A stretch of 64,000 bases of DNA, taken from positions 32,001 through 96,000 of IMG/VR virus record IMGVR_UViG_3300020185_000014. The stretch is one strand, 5' to 3'. Position 1 is the first letter of the stretch, and every line of letters starts with the position of its first letter. The translations under genes and the position numbers were made by a program. The DNA comes from a virus. Shown one piece after another: positions 1-9,535 of the stretch. The notes beneath the pieces are model-generated. The model was not told the DNA's origin. It saw nothing but the letters and a program-made list of their open reading frames with translations, and ran no database searches.

Positions 1-1342
1 GAGATCCGGAGTTTACGCCGGTGACGGTGATATAACCATTACTGACACCATTAATTTTATCGTCGATTGTTGACGCGGGGACTACAATTGCTCTGGGGGA
101 TGAGATAGATGTTTCAGTTCCGGTTTTAATCGGCAATCTTGCTTCCACATCTTCTCCAAACAGAACCCACGAAATTGTTTCGCCGTTCGCATCTTCAGGC
201 ACAATAGTAAACGTCAACGACTGGCCTTCGGTAACATCCCCAGCGACTATACTATATGTTGGAATGGCGATAGGAGTCAAAGAAGTGTCGTTAATTGCTA
301 CAGCTGTTGATGCTAATATCGTTCCGAAAGGGTACGGTTGATCGTAGATGTATGCGTTGAATGTTTGCGTACCTTCTGTTGCTGAGTCAGTGGCGATTTC
401 TAAAGTGTACGTTCCGGTCTGATTGGAAATCGGAATGGATTTTCTACTAGTCGCGGTCGGTATCGGATCGTTCGGATCTTCCACAAAATCATCAGGATCT
501 GTTGATACATGCCCAATACTGAAATATACCGGAGTGTTTGGAATATATGCACCGCTGGTAGTAAATGTCACTTGTTTGTTAGTCGTTTCATCCACAACTT
601 CAGGCGTTGCTGTTAAAGTATAAACAACGGGTGGAGTATATTCAATGTCAATTTCTCCCGTCGCTGTAACTTCTGTAGAAGCGACCGGCGTCATTTTGTC
701 GCTCCCCCAAACAAGATCCGAGATTCCTGGATTTGGTTGCCTCGTCAAAAAGTTTAATCCTACCACGTCAACCAAAAGTAATTTAGCGGCAAGATACATC
801 CCTGCGGGATGTACCATAACTTTGTACAAATCTCTCCATTCAGAAATCGGAACGCCGACTTTGACTAGGATAGCGTACACTTGATAGAGTTTGTCGTCTG
901 TTAAAAATTTAAGAGATTCTGAACCAATTCCCGAAAGAGGGTCGTTAAGTTTAAACACATCAACTTTGGGAAAAATAATCTCTGCGTCTAAATTAAAAAA
1001 GGCACGAAAGAACCATTGTACCGAATACTGAGTCCCCTTCGCTCTGAGCAACTCGCTCGAGAATAGAGCAGTAGACCTTCTATCTAAAAACCGATTACCC
1101 ATGAGAAGTTCATGTTCGATGTAATGCAGTAGGTCTAAGTCGACTTGCGTTATATCGCGAGTTTCCAGCAGATGATGCATAAGTTCTGTCGAATCATTCT
1201 CGTCGAGAAACTCATAATACTTGTTGAGCAGAGTGATAAATTTTGGGAACGAAGCAATGAAATATTCGGGTAGTATTCCCTTCACCGCCGGAGATTGAAA
1301 ATTTAACTCCCTTCGTCCTTTATCGTCAGTTTTAATATGCAT
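1..1342 (-). CDS. gp7: gp7-like baseplate wedge initiator N-terminal region fused to Calx-beta/Ig-like repeats; runs off the left edge (not in the ORF track)
   Basis: Manual translation from ATG at 1342: MHIKTDDKGRRELNFQ..ILPEYF..FPKFITLLNKYYEFL..RAKGTQYSVQWFFRAFF..VHPAGMYL, open to base 1; later TEGTQTF / INDTSLTP repeats. Confidence 0.7.
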   Translation of the reverse strand, partial: MHIKTDDKGRRELNFQSPAVKGILPEYFIASFPKFITLLNKYYEFLDENDSTELMHHLLETRDITQVDLDLLHYIEHELLMGNRFLDRRSTALFSSELLRAKGTQYSVQWFFRAFFNLDAEIIFPKVDVFKLNDPLSGIGSESLKFLTDDKLYQVYAILVKVGVPISEWRDLYKVMVHPAGMYLAAKLLLVDVVGLNFLTRQPNPGISDLVWGSDKMTPVASTEVTATGEIDIEYTPPVVYTLTATPEVVDETTNKQVTFTTSGAYIPNTPVYFSIGHVSTDPDDFVEDPNDPIPTATSRKSIPISNQTGTYTLEIATDSATEGTQTFNAYIYDQPYPFGTILASTAVAINDTSLTPIAIPTYSIVAGDVTEGQSLTFTIVPEDANGETISWVLFGEDVEARLPIKTGTETSISSPRAIVVPASTIDDKINGVSNGYITVTGVNSGS

Positions 1343-1347
1343 AATGT

Positions 1348-1355
1348 TATTTATC
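1348..1355 (-). promoter_or_regulatory. T4-type late promoter variant (GATAAATA)
   Basis: One mismatch to TATAAATA, 5 nt upstream of the gp7-like ATG. Confidence 0.45.
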
Positions 1356-1357
1356 TT

Positions 1358-2062
1358 TTATAAAATAGAGCTGTCGTAACTATATAGTTCCTGTAGATTA
1401 CTCTCCATATCAAAAGCACTTGCTTCGACTTGGGTGATGACGCTACCTGCCGCGCCAATTCGTTTGTATAGATTTATTTTCATTTCAAAATCAAGCGTGT
1501 AGACTATCGTTCTTCGCGCTTCTATCGCACCTTCGTAGTCGTCAGAAAACACAATACCGTCTAGGCGAATTGGATTATCTTCTTTAATATGCGGGAATTC
1601 TGAAAGAGGAACAACTGTTATATTATATTGTGGATCGAAGTACGGTATAATCTGCTCGACGATTTGCAATGCATCGTCTTGACTTTTAGCGTATGCGTTT
1701 AATTGAAACTGCAGATTGAACGGCACTCGTGTATATATTTTAAATGCGTCTGACTCGCCGGTGGTACTTCTTGCATAGTTGGATTTTGGAATTTGTCTAA
1801 CCGCATCATAATTTATCGCCAGAAGTTCAAAAGAAAGTCTTGGCAACTTAATAGCAACTTTTCTTTCTGACGCTTCACCCAAACCCATTTGCTCTATTCT
1901 TTCGATAAAATTTCTTCGGGGAGCATAACTCAGCGGAACCTTTACTGTGTTGATGACATTACCATTCGAACCCTTACGAACAACCGTGATATCGTTAAAC
2001 AGAGAACCGAACGCAGCAACAGACATTCGAATTCGTTGATGGTAAAAATGCTCAGCAAACAT
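1358..2062 (-). CDS. gp15: Tail completion / sheath terminator protein
   Basis: FYHQRIR..AFGSLFNDI..KVPLSYAP..LPRLSFE..DALQIVEQIIPYF..IVYTLDF motifs; 13-14-15 synteny. Confidence 0.93.
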   Translation of the reverse strand: MFAEHFYHQRIRMSVAAFGSLFNDITVVRKGSNGNVINTVKVPLSYAPRRNFIERIEQMGLGEASERKVAIKLPRLSFELLAINYDAVRQIPKSNYARSTTGESDAFKIYTRVPFNLQFQLNAYAKSQDDALQIVEQIIPYFDPQYNITVVPLSEFPHIKEDNPIRLDGIVFSDDYEGAIEARRTIVYTLDFEMKINLYKRIGAAGSVITQVEASAFDMESNLQELYSYDSSIL

Positions 2063-2946
2063 TAGTTAGGATCTCCGAAAGGATTTGATTCGCTAAAATC
2101 GATGAAAGAGTTACCAATGGTTTCTATGTCTAGATTTTGTTCTAGACTATTGATATCTTGAAGTTCTTGTATCAAAGTCGGCGTTGCTGAATTACCGCTT
2201 TCCGACCCGACGACTGCCGCCGAAGTTGTAAATTTAGAAAACTTACTCGAGTTGGAACCGATATGCGCAACATATAACTTTCCGGTTGCGCCGTCCCAAC
2301 GAACAACTTTACCCGTCATGGTTTTATCAGATAATGATTGTGACACAGGTTCTCCGATAACCCACGGTGTGGTAATGTCGGAAGTGTCAAACGTCATTAC
2401 GTTTTGGAAAGCAAACTTATCTTCGATATCGTCGATCTCGGGAACATCGGTGTCAAATTTCTCTTCATTGTACTCAAACAACTCGCAGGTCATTCTAAAC
2501 ACGGGAAGGTTTTTTAACTGGTAAAACGGTTGTTCATCTTCCACTTTCATAACTTGAAAAATAGAATTAGATAACGGAAGTTGGATTAAGTCGCCTTCTC
2601 GCGGTCTATAGAAATCCTTGTTCGCACTTTCGTACGGCACAACTTCAGAATTCCATCTTCTTCTTGCAACAATAAAAGTCGCAGCATCTCTAATTTCTAC
2701 GCCGAACTTTGCAAATATGTCTCCTTCGCCGTCAAACCCTTCAGTGTTTTCAATATACATTTCTATTTTATATGCGCGTTGAAACGAAGAAGAAGGATCG
2801 TCTTTAAATAGTTTATCGAGATTAACCGTTTCTCTCGGAATATAATAAACATCCTGCCCGTACATCTTTAAAGATTCTACAATCAAATCTTCGTAAAGGC
2901 GCTGCTCGTTCCTCGAACCCTGTGCAAAATAATGATTAATGGCCAT
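2062..2946 (-). CDS. gp14: Neck protein
   Basis: EQRLYEDLIVESLKMYGQDVYYIPR, GFDGEGDIFAKFG, RPREGDLI, FYQL, C-terminal DFSESNPFG. Confidence 0.95.
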   Translation of the reverse strand: MAINHYFAQGSRNEQRLYEDLIVESLKMYGQDVYYIPRETVNLDKLFKDDPSSSFQRAYKIEMYIENTEGFDGEGDIFAKFGVEIRDAATFIVARRRWNSEVVPYESANKDFYRPREGDLIQLPLSNSIFQVMKVEDEQPFYQLKNLPVFRMTCELFEYNEEKFDTDVPEIDDIEDKFAFQNVMTFDTSDITTPWVIGEPVSQSLSDKTMTGKVVRWDGATGKLYVAHIGSNSSKFSKFTTSAAVVGSESGNSATPTLIQELQDINSLEQNLDIETIGNSFIDFSESNPFGDPN

Positions 2947-2947
2947 G

Positions 2948-3703
2948 CTAACCCACGAAAAAATCTGGTGGAAGTTCGTGCTCGGATCTCATTTTCTCTT
3001 CGAGCGCCTGTAGTTCTTGTGATGCGTCGTCGTAATATTGCCGACCGTTAATTGTCACGCCGCCAGGAAGTTGAACGCCTTCGAATTTTAACATGTTCAT
3101 ACCCCATTGTTGTTTAATCAACGAGGTTACATAGTTCTTAATGAACATGTCGTTATATACGCTTGTGTGTTGTGTTTCGTCGACGATCGAATAAACTTCA
3201 GCGACTAGGTATGACCCCTCTCTAATATCTCCGTCGTTAAAATCGCCTTCAATATACAAACGGTTTTGTCTGCGAGAGAAATGAACTTGAGGTCGACCGT
3301 GTAGTTGTTGATCGATCAAACTAAGATACTGCCGCATCTGATAAAAATAATTCAAATCACCGGCGAAACTCATAAAGTCGCCCATGTTGTTTAGAAACAT
3401 TTGATAGCGAATGTCAAACATCCCTTGACCAGTACCGAATGATGAGGCCACCGGAAATAACGCAGAAAGGTAGACCACATCAGATGATATCGGAATGTAC
3501 TGATTAGCAACATCTTCAGCAGTCACTAAATGAGACATATAAGTTTTGATTGTTGCGTCGCTGTGAAACTCTCGGTATAACTGTAGAGCATCGTCGACTT
3601 TGTCTTCTACTTGATCGACATCGACATTTACTTCTAAGACGGGTTCACCCAACCTGCGAAGGCAATATTCAATCAATCCGTCTCGGGATGTAATAACTGC
3701 CAT
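2948..3703 (-). CDS. gp13: Neck protein
   Basis: YCLRRLGEPVLEVNV..Q, IKQQWGMN..KFEGVQLPGGVTING, C-terminal PPDFFVG. Confidence 0.95.
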   Translation of the reverse strand: MAVITSRDGLIEYCLRRLGEPVLEVNVDVDQVEDKVDDALQLYREFHSDATIKTYMSHLVTAEDVANQYIPISSDVVYLSALFPVASSFGTGQGMFDIRYQMFLNNMGDFMSFAGDLNYFYQMRQYLSLIDQQLHGRPQVHFSRRQNRLYIEGDFNDGDIREGSYLVAEVYSIVDETQHTSVYNDMFIKNYVTSLIKQQWGMNMLKFEGVQLPGGVTINGRQYYDDASQELQALEEKMRSEHELPPDFFVG

Positions 3704-3736
3704 AATTAATTCTCTTTAATTAAATTTCCATGTTTT

Positions 3737-3744
3737 TATTTATA
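3737..3744 (-). promoter_or_regulatory. T4-type late promoter TATAAATA upstream of gp13
   Basis: Exact gp55-dependent consensus in the intergenic gap. Confidence 0.85.
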
Positions 3745-3745
3745 G

Positions 3746-5041
3746 TTATCTGAACCTGTTCGCGCCGTGAATCCAAATAACTAAAGACCACCTTTCGCCG
3801 GATTCGATTTTCTTAACGCGGTGCAATGAATAACTCGGGAACATATTGATAGAACCCACCTCTCTATTACCTTCTCGTAGAACGCCGTTGTCCCAAATTT
3901 CAAGTTCTCCTCCGGTGTACCCCTCACTAAGAGGAACCGAAATAGATATTTTTCTTGTAGAACTATTTTCCGCTCCCATATCAATGTGCCAATCATAGTG
4001 CGCTTCATCTTCTGCTTGGTATTGCAACAATTGTAGAGAGTGTGTTATTCCCATCAAGTCGTATCGGTAATACTCAGCATTCGCTGTCGCGACCGCAGAT
4101 AATATTTTATCGAATATCCATTCCGTGCTATCGTTCAATATTAATTCGAATAGGTTTACCTCTCGTATGTCAGACTTGTATTCTTTGGTTGAATCTGAAC
4201 CGACTGGAGGTTTTATAGAGTAAAGGTCTTCGGCGGATTTAATTATTGCGTCGCATTCTTCTTTCGAGAATGCAAACTCTGGTCTGAATTTCGAGTTGTA
4301 AGAAAACAGTCCAGGGCATAACGAGTCGTGCGTTGTTATCATTAAACCGTTTTTAATTATTTTTGATTGCGGTAACGAATATTCTTTAACTGGATCTGCT
4401 GCAGCGGGTTCTTGCGTTTTGGTCGGAGTGTAATCAAGGACAGGTGTTTTTTTCTCTTCGATGCCCGACATCATTTCCCTTCCGTCAAATTTAAGATGTT
4501 GGTTTTCGCCGTCCGCCCTAACAAAATGAAAGAATACCTGAACCTGCCACTCGCCCTTATATTCTTCTCTCCAGTGAGGAACCTCACAACCTTTGTACAA
4601 AACTAAATCACCTTGGTTGATTGTGATTGGAGACGATTCGGATTTTCCGAAATAATTCTGCACTGACCCGAAATAGATCGGCCATACTGTGTTATCGGGA
4701 GCAAACCCTAGCGTCAGAGTTCCTGAGACTTCGCAGGAGGGGCGATCGACGTGTGGGGTAAGGGTTTCTCCGTGCCGATAAATTCTAACGTAGGTGTACG
4801 TTGGAGAGAGTATAAACCCGAGTTGCCTTGAAAGTGGGTCTGATATTTTAACAGCAATTTCATCAAATATATCACAACCATAGATTGAATCAGAAAGAGG
4901 GCACTGATCATCTTTTTGCGTTTGCCCCTGTTCGTGAAGTTCGAACACGTATTTCACTAATTCGTTACAATCGTGTTTTCCGATTACATCCGATAAGTAA
5001 ACAAAACCCTTTTCGTCGAAATGAGATCTAACCGCCACCAT
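3746..5041 (-). CDS. Tandem two-domain 2OG-Fe(II) dioxygenase
   Basis: Domain 1: RIY..L.PHVDRPSCEVS..GD..LYKG.EVPHWR. Domain 2: YDWHID..RKIS..GGEL..FPSY.LHRV..GERWSLV.W. Confidence 0.85.
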   Translation of the reverse strand: MVAVRSHFDEKGFVYLSDVIGKHDCNELVKYVFELHEQGQTQKDDQCPLSDSIYGCDIFDEIAVKISDPLSRQLGFILSPTYTYVRIYRHGETLTPHVDRPSCEVSGTLTLGFAPDNTVWPIYFGSVQNYFGKSESSPITINQGDLVLYKGCEVPHWREEYKGEWQVQVFFHFVRADGENQHLKFDGREMMSGIEEKKTPVLDYTPTKTQEPAAADPVKEYSLPQSKIIKNGLMITTHDSLCPGLFSYNSKFRPEFAFSKEECDAIIKSAEDLYSIKPPVGSDSTKEYKSDIREVNLFELILNDSTEWIFDKILSAVATANAEYYRYDLMGITHSLQLLQYQAEDEAHYDWHIDMGAENSSTRKISISVPLSEGYTGGELEIWDNGVLREGNREVGSINMFPSYSLHRVKKIESGERWSLVIWIHGANRFR

Positions 5042-5079
5042 AATATAACTCTATCAAATAATAGTTATTTAGGTTGGTG

Positions 5080-5334
5080 TTAGGCGATGCCCTGTCCGCC
5101 TTGCCGCGTCCAAACCCCGCCCATATTTTTATAAAGACTGTTATCGCCTTTATTAAAAGCAAGCAACGACGTTGAAGGGAAATCATCGACGGAGTCGTAC
5201 GCGAGAACAAAGTTATTCGAGACTAGGGATGCTTTGATTGCCCGAATAACATCAATCGCTTCTTCCTCGGTCATCCCCGCAATCTTTTTCTGCAGTTCGG
5301 ATAGTGTGTGCGTTATGTCTATCGGCGTCGTCAT
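5080..5334 (-). CDS. Small protein consisting only of the shared N-terminal module of the array
   Basis: YDSVDDFP..LLAFNKGDNSLYKNMGGVW matches the module of its neighbours. Confidence 0.65.
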   Translation of the reverse strand: MTTPIDITHTLSELQKKIAGMTEEEAIDVIRAIKASLVSNNFVLAYDSVDDFPSTSLLAFNKGDNSLYKNMGGVWTRQGGQGIA

Positions 5335-6518
5335 TAAACTTGATGCCCAGCGTGAGTCGACTTTGATTGTGATAAATCGCCGACATCAAGAGAAGAAACG
5401 AACGGGTTTGCAAACGGAAACTTATCGACCAGATTAGATACTACCGGTTCTGAACCGCCCATCGTGTATCCAAATGTGAAAGAAGAAACCCCTGCCGCGT
5501 TCATTCTTGCCGTTCCGAGTGTTCCGATATTCGCAGATGAAATCGCATCACTCGCGAACGGAAACTTATATATTTCGTTTCTGATTGATACCGGAGAATT
5601 GATTTGTCCACCAGAAGTGAACCCCGCAACTTCAGAAGAAATTCCTGCTGCATAATTTCTGCTAACGGAGAGGTTTCCGACATGTACAGCGTCGTTGTCT
5701 GTTTGGAACGAAAACCTCTCTACTCGGTTTTGATATCCGTATGAGGGAGTATAACCGCCGGAAGAGTAACCGTGAGTCAAAGAAGAATGCCCTGCTCGCC
5801 CGTATTGGTTCGTGTATGTTGTGAGGTCCGCCGAATGAATACCAGAAGTTTCGGAAGAAAATCTAAATTTCTGAATTTCTCCTGTACCAACGCCAACCGG
5901 AAGATTACTTCTACTTGTTAGATAACCATAATGTTCAGAAGAACTCGCCGCTTGTTGAGTAATTGTTTTCGACAGATCGCCAACGATCGCGCCATCGGCA
6001 AAGGCAGCGAATGAGAACTTCTCGATAGATAATCTTCCTGGAGAACCGCCAGCAACGAAACCGTCAGACTGACTAGAATTTCCAGCAACAAAATTTCTCG
6101 CAACAGCAAGGTTGCCGATCGCCGTGGCAGTTCCTTCAGATGCAAATGGATATCGATCAATAGTCGTTAATCGATATCCTGATGCCCCGCCCGAAGTAAA
6201 TGCAAAATCATCACCTGGAAATGCTTTTCGATCTGAGTCTAAATTTATTAACAATTCCCAATCTGAACCGGTGTTGAGATATAATCCATTATTCATACCG
6301 AACGATTGGATAATTGCGGTCATACCCTCAAGGTTTGAGTCTAGGGGTAGTGCCGCGATGCTGTCATAATAATTTACAAACTCTCTTTCTTTCCACGGAG
6401 AAATTGAATTGACTGCATCGATCAACTGCAGGAGTTCTAGTGCTTCCGCAGAATCGTTTACAAAAAGATCAAACGCCGAATCTAGTTGAGTTAATATTAT
6501 ATTTTTATTAATTGCCAT
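5334..6518 (-). CDS. Shared module plus six-repeat Kelch-like beta-propeller (paralog 1)
   Basis: ~47-aa repeats G(Y/F)xxGG..I(D/E)(K/R)FxF..VGDL..AG.SS; ends GHQV. Confidence 0.75.
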   Translation of the reverse strand: MAINKNIILTQLDSAFDLFVNDSAEALELLQLIDAVNSISPWKEREFVNYYDSIAALPLDSNLEGMTAIIQSFGMNNGLYLNTGSDWELLINLDSDRKAFPGDDFAFTSGGASGYRLTTIDRYPFASEGTATAIGNLAVARNFVAGNSSQSDGFVAGGSPGRLSIEKFSFAAFADGAIVGDLSKTITQQAASSSEHYGYLTSRSNLPVGVGTGEIQKFRFSSETSGIHSADLTTYTNQYGRAGHSSLTHGYSSGGYTPSYGYQNRVERFSFQTDNDAVHVGNLSVSRNYAAGISSEVAGFTSGGQINSPVSIRNEIYKFPFASDAISSANIGTLGTARMNAAGVSSFTFGYTMGGSEPVVSNLVDKFPFANPFVSSLDVGDLSQSKSTHAGHQV

Positions 6519-6528
6519 GAAGCATCCT

Positions 6529-6819
6529 TTATGGGATTTCAGGTTCGGGTTCGGGTTCGGGTGCTATAAAATCAGTTAACGTAACTGGTTTCCAATTTTT
6601 ACCATTCGAAACGAAGATAGTTTGTGTATCTGTATCATAGTACATATGACTGAAATTTTGTAACGATGCTACCGGTAAAGTAGCGCCCGTTCCGACAACA
6701 GTATATCCATCGTTTTTGAGCAAAAGTGCTTGCAGTTTGGACAACGCGGTCGTTTCTGTTGCGGTCGATCCTACTATGGTATTTGCATTATTAACGAGAT
6801 TTGATATATTGATAAACAT
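6529..6819 (-). CDS. Module-only protein with (PE)n tail
   Basis: MFINISNL..TLP..MYYDTDTQTIFVSNGKNW; ends PEPEPEPEIP. Confidence 0.7.
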   Translation of the reverse strand: MFINISNLVNNANTIVGSTATETTALSKLQALLLKNDGYTVVGTGATLPVASLQNFSHMYYDTDTQTIFVSNGKNWKPVTLTDFIAPEPEPEPEIP

Positions 6820-8009
6820 TATACTTGATGCCCTACTGTGTTATGCCGCGACCCGACTAAATCTCCTGCAGCGGTTATTGTTACCGGCGAAGCGCTGAAT
6901 GGAAATGATTCTATTGTACTTATAGAAGGCGAGAATCCTCCAGAAATATATCCGTCGGTCCTAGAGGATTGACCAGAAACTAGTCGTTTCGCAGTCGACA
7001 AATCTCCGACATCGATAGAAGAATATGGTGAGTTGAACGAAAACCTTTCGATGTTCTGCAAAGAAAAGGCGTCAAACCCACCAGAAACATAACCATGAGT
7101 CTCGGAGGAATTTCCTGCCGCTTTTGAGTTCGCCACTGTTAAATTAGTAATATAGGCAGAAGATGTGAATGCGACGAAACTGAACCTGTCCACTGAGGTT
7201 AAGTTGATGCTGGTCGTTTCGTTAATACCGCCAGCGACATATCCGAAATCAAAATCCGAAATTCCGATTGCCTCTGACTTTCCTATCAGCGACCCCGAAA
7301 CATATAAATTTCCGTGAAGACTGGATTGTGTTTCGTTAGCAAAGGGGAATTTATATATTCTCCTCATTGCTTGTGTTAATTGCGGTTGCGAAGTAACATC
7401 GCCCCCTGCCGCGAATCCTATCGCATGTGCATTGGTTGAAAGACCTGCCGATTTCGAACGTTCGAATTCTAGATCACCGACCAACAGAGAATTGGTAGTG
7501 TTAACAAATTCGAATTTCTCAATTTCGCTAATTACTGCGCCGGTGCTAACCTTACCGCCGGTGGAATATCCTCTTAATTCTGACGACTGTCCCGCTAATT
7601 CTATTTTTCCTGCAGTCAAATCACCCAAAGTTAAAGCGTTGGTAAAACTAGAAAACGGAAACCGCTCAATCGAAGAACTGAATCCTGGGTTCAAACCGCC
7701 CGATACAAATCCGTAATCGTCTCCTTGAAAACGTCTACTCTCATCTAGTAATGCACCGAGCACGATGGGTTTCCACTTGTTTCTATGAGAAACATAGAAC
7801 GCATCCGAATCGCGATTGAATGCAATGATGCCTTCGTTCGATACTGTTGCGCTGTCGAAATCGTGTATATGTCTATATTGGACTGCGTGTGAATATGCTT
7901 TTGAAAATTTGTCGAGACTGTTTAATCTCACCTGCTCTGTCGAGTTCGCCGTTCCGCTAGCGACTCTGGCGTTTATCGTATCAAGTAAATCTTTAATATT
8001 AATTGTCAT
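6819..8009 (-). CDS. Shared module plus beta-propeller (paralog 2)
   Basis: MTINIKDL..NEGIIAF..FYVSHRNKW, then FQG and six GG repeats; ends GHQV. Confidence 0.75.
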   Translation of the reverse strand: MTINIKDLLDTINARVASGTANSTEQVRLNSLDKFSKAYSHAVQYRHIHDFDSATVSNEGIIAFNRDSDAFYVSHRNKWKPIVLGALLDESRRFQGDDYGFVSGGLNPGFSSSIERFPFSSFTNALTLGDLTAGKIELAGQSSELRGYSTGGKVSTGAVISEIEKFEFVNTTNSLLVGDLEFERSKSAGLSTNAHAIGFAAGGDVTSQPQLTQAMRRIYKFPFANETQSSLHGNLYVSGSLIGKSEAIGISDFDFGYVAGGINETTSINLTSVDRFSFVAFTSSAYITNLTVANSKAAGNSSETHGYVSGGFDAFSLQNIERFSFNSPYSSIDVGDLSTAKRLVSGQSSRTDGYISGGFSPSISTIESFPFSASPVTITAAGDLVGSRHNTVGHQV

Positions 8010-8016
8010 AACACGC

Positions 8017-9171
8017 TCAGTACTGCTGGGAAGAACCCTTGTTCTTTTCTATTGATAAATCACCTACATCGATCGAAGTTCCGTCAGTGTAGAAAGAGAA
8101 TTTCTGTATGACTTTCGAACGACTCGCCTCGCCGCCGCCGGCAATAAACCCTCTTTCTGTTGACGACGTTCCCCCAGAGAAATTTTCTGTTTGTATTGTT
8201 AAATCACCAACATCAGAAGCATTAACGTCCGAAGAGAACGGAAACTTATCAACAATATTGTTATTTATTAGGTCAGTATAAACGTTGTATCCATAACCTT
8301 GCATTGAAGATAACCCAGCGCCGTTATTTGAAGCACTAGAAAGGTTTGCTGAGTTAACGGCATTTGCTACAGATGCGGTGAATGTTACTTTATCGATTAC
8401 GTTATTACTCGCCCCGTCACCGCCGGTGAAATATGCAGAGGTGTTAGAAGAACTTCCCGCAGAACCTGTTTTCATGGCAGTTAAATCGCCAACATCGAGC
8501 GCATCAACCTCGCTGATAAAAGAAAACCTATCAAGAACGTCACTATTAGCAGGAGTGGAACCACCTGCAGTGTAACCAAACCCATACGACGCAGAGGAGG
8601 CACCGCCCGCAGAAGAACGCGCGGTTGTTAAATTAGCAACTGATTCAAGCACCGCAGGAGAAGCAAATGAAAACTTTTCAATGGTCGATAATAATCCAGC
8701 ATCCAAACCGCCAGAACTATATCCATCTGTCTTTGACGATTGTCCTGCTGAACTCATTCGTCCGGCGAATAATTGCGCGCCATGACTGATCGAATTACCG
8801 TCAGTGACAAAGGAAAATCGATCAATGTTATTGGTTAACGACCCGACATTACCGCCGGAATAGAACCCCGCGATTTCTCCTTGGAATATATCTTGTTGGT
8901 TCCCGAGTCTACGATAACCATCCGAATCTCTCATGTAGAGCGTTTTACTATGAACGTCAAAAAATATTCTCGCTCTTCCAGATTCTATATCGGGGTCATC
9001 TCCGGCGCTTAATGGGAATGTTGATGAATGGTTATAACTTGATAGTGATGATATGCTAGCATCTGAAACAAGTTCGGACAAATAACGTAACGACTGTGTT
9101 GATGTATCGGAATCACTTTCGATGCACTGCTGTTGTAAATTAACAATAAACCCTGTAATGTTAGTAATCAT
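8017..9171 (-). CDS. Shared module plus beta-propeller (paralog 3)
   Basis: FQGEIAGFYSGG, then six repeats IDRFSF / IEKFSF..DVGDL. Confidence 0.75.
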   Translation of the reverse strand: MITNITGFIVNLQQQCIESDSDTSTQSLRYLSELVSDASISSLSSYNHSSTFPLSAGDDPDIESGRARIFFDVHSKTLYMRDSDGYRRLGNQQDIFQGEIAGFYSGGNVGSLTNNIDRFSFVTDGNSISHGAQLFAGRMSSAGQSSKTDGYSSGGLDAGLLSTIEKFSFASPAVLESVANLTTARSSAGGASSASYGFGYTAGGSTPANSDVLDRFSFISEVDALDVGDLTAMKTGSAGSSSNTSAYFTGGDGASNNVIDKVTFTASVANAVNSANLSSASNNGAGLSSMQGYGYNVYTDLINNNIVDKFPFSSDVNASDVGDLTIQTENFSGGTSSTERGFIAGGGEASRSKVIQKFSFYTDGTSIDVGDLSIEKNKGSSQQY

Positions 9172-9172
9172 G

Positions 9173-9535
9173 TCAACTCTCTAGTATTGTCAATTCGACC
9201 CACTTAAACCCTTTCGACACATAAAACATCAGATCTGCCTCAGAATAAACGATGCATCCGATGTTCTCGAAAGTTGGTGTTGGGAACGTTGATTGAGATT
9301 GATGAGTGACTGCAGTTTCAAGTGCGGATAGTCTTCGCTGCCTGAGTTTGTGAAGTTGCATAATATCATCCGCTGGACCCGATCCAACATTTTGGTATGT
9401 TTCGAGAATTGCAGTCAGTATTAATAACGTTTCTCGGTGATGTTCAAACACAGCATTGTCGCTCGCCGCTTGCAACGATAGACGCTGGTACGCGGCGAGA
9501 GCAACTATTTGTAGTTTTTCGAGATTCAGGATCAT
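9173..9535 (-). CDS. Module-only protein
   Basis: FPTP..NIGCIVYSEADLMFYVSKGFKW. Confidence 0.65.
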   Translation of the reverse strand: MILNLEKLQIVALAAYQRLSLQAASDNAVFEHHRETLLILTAILETYQNVGSGPADDIMQLHKLRQRRLSALETAVTHQSQSTFPTPTFENIGCIVYSEADLMFYVSKGFKWVELTILES

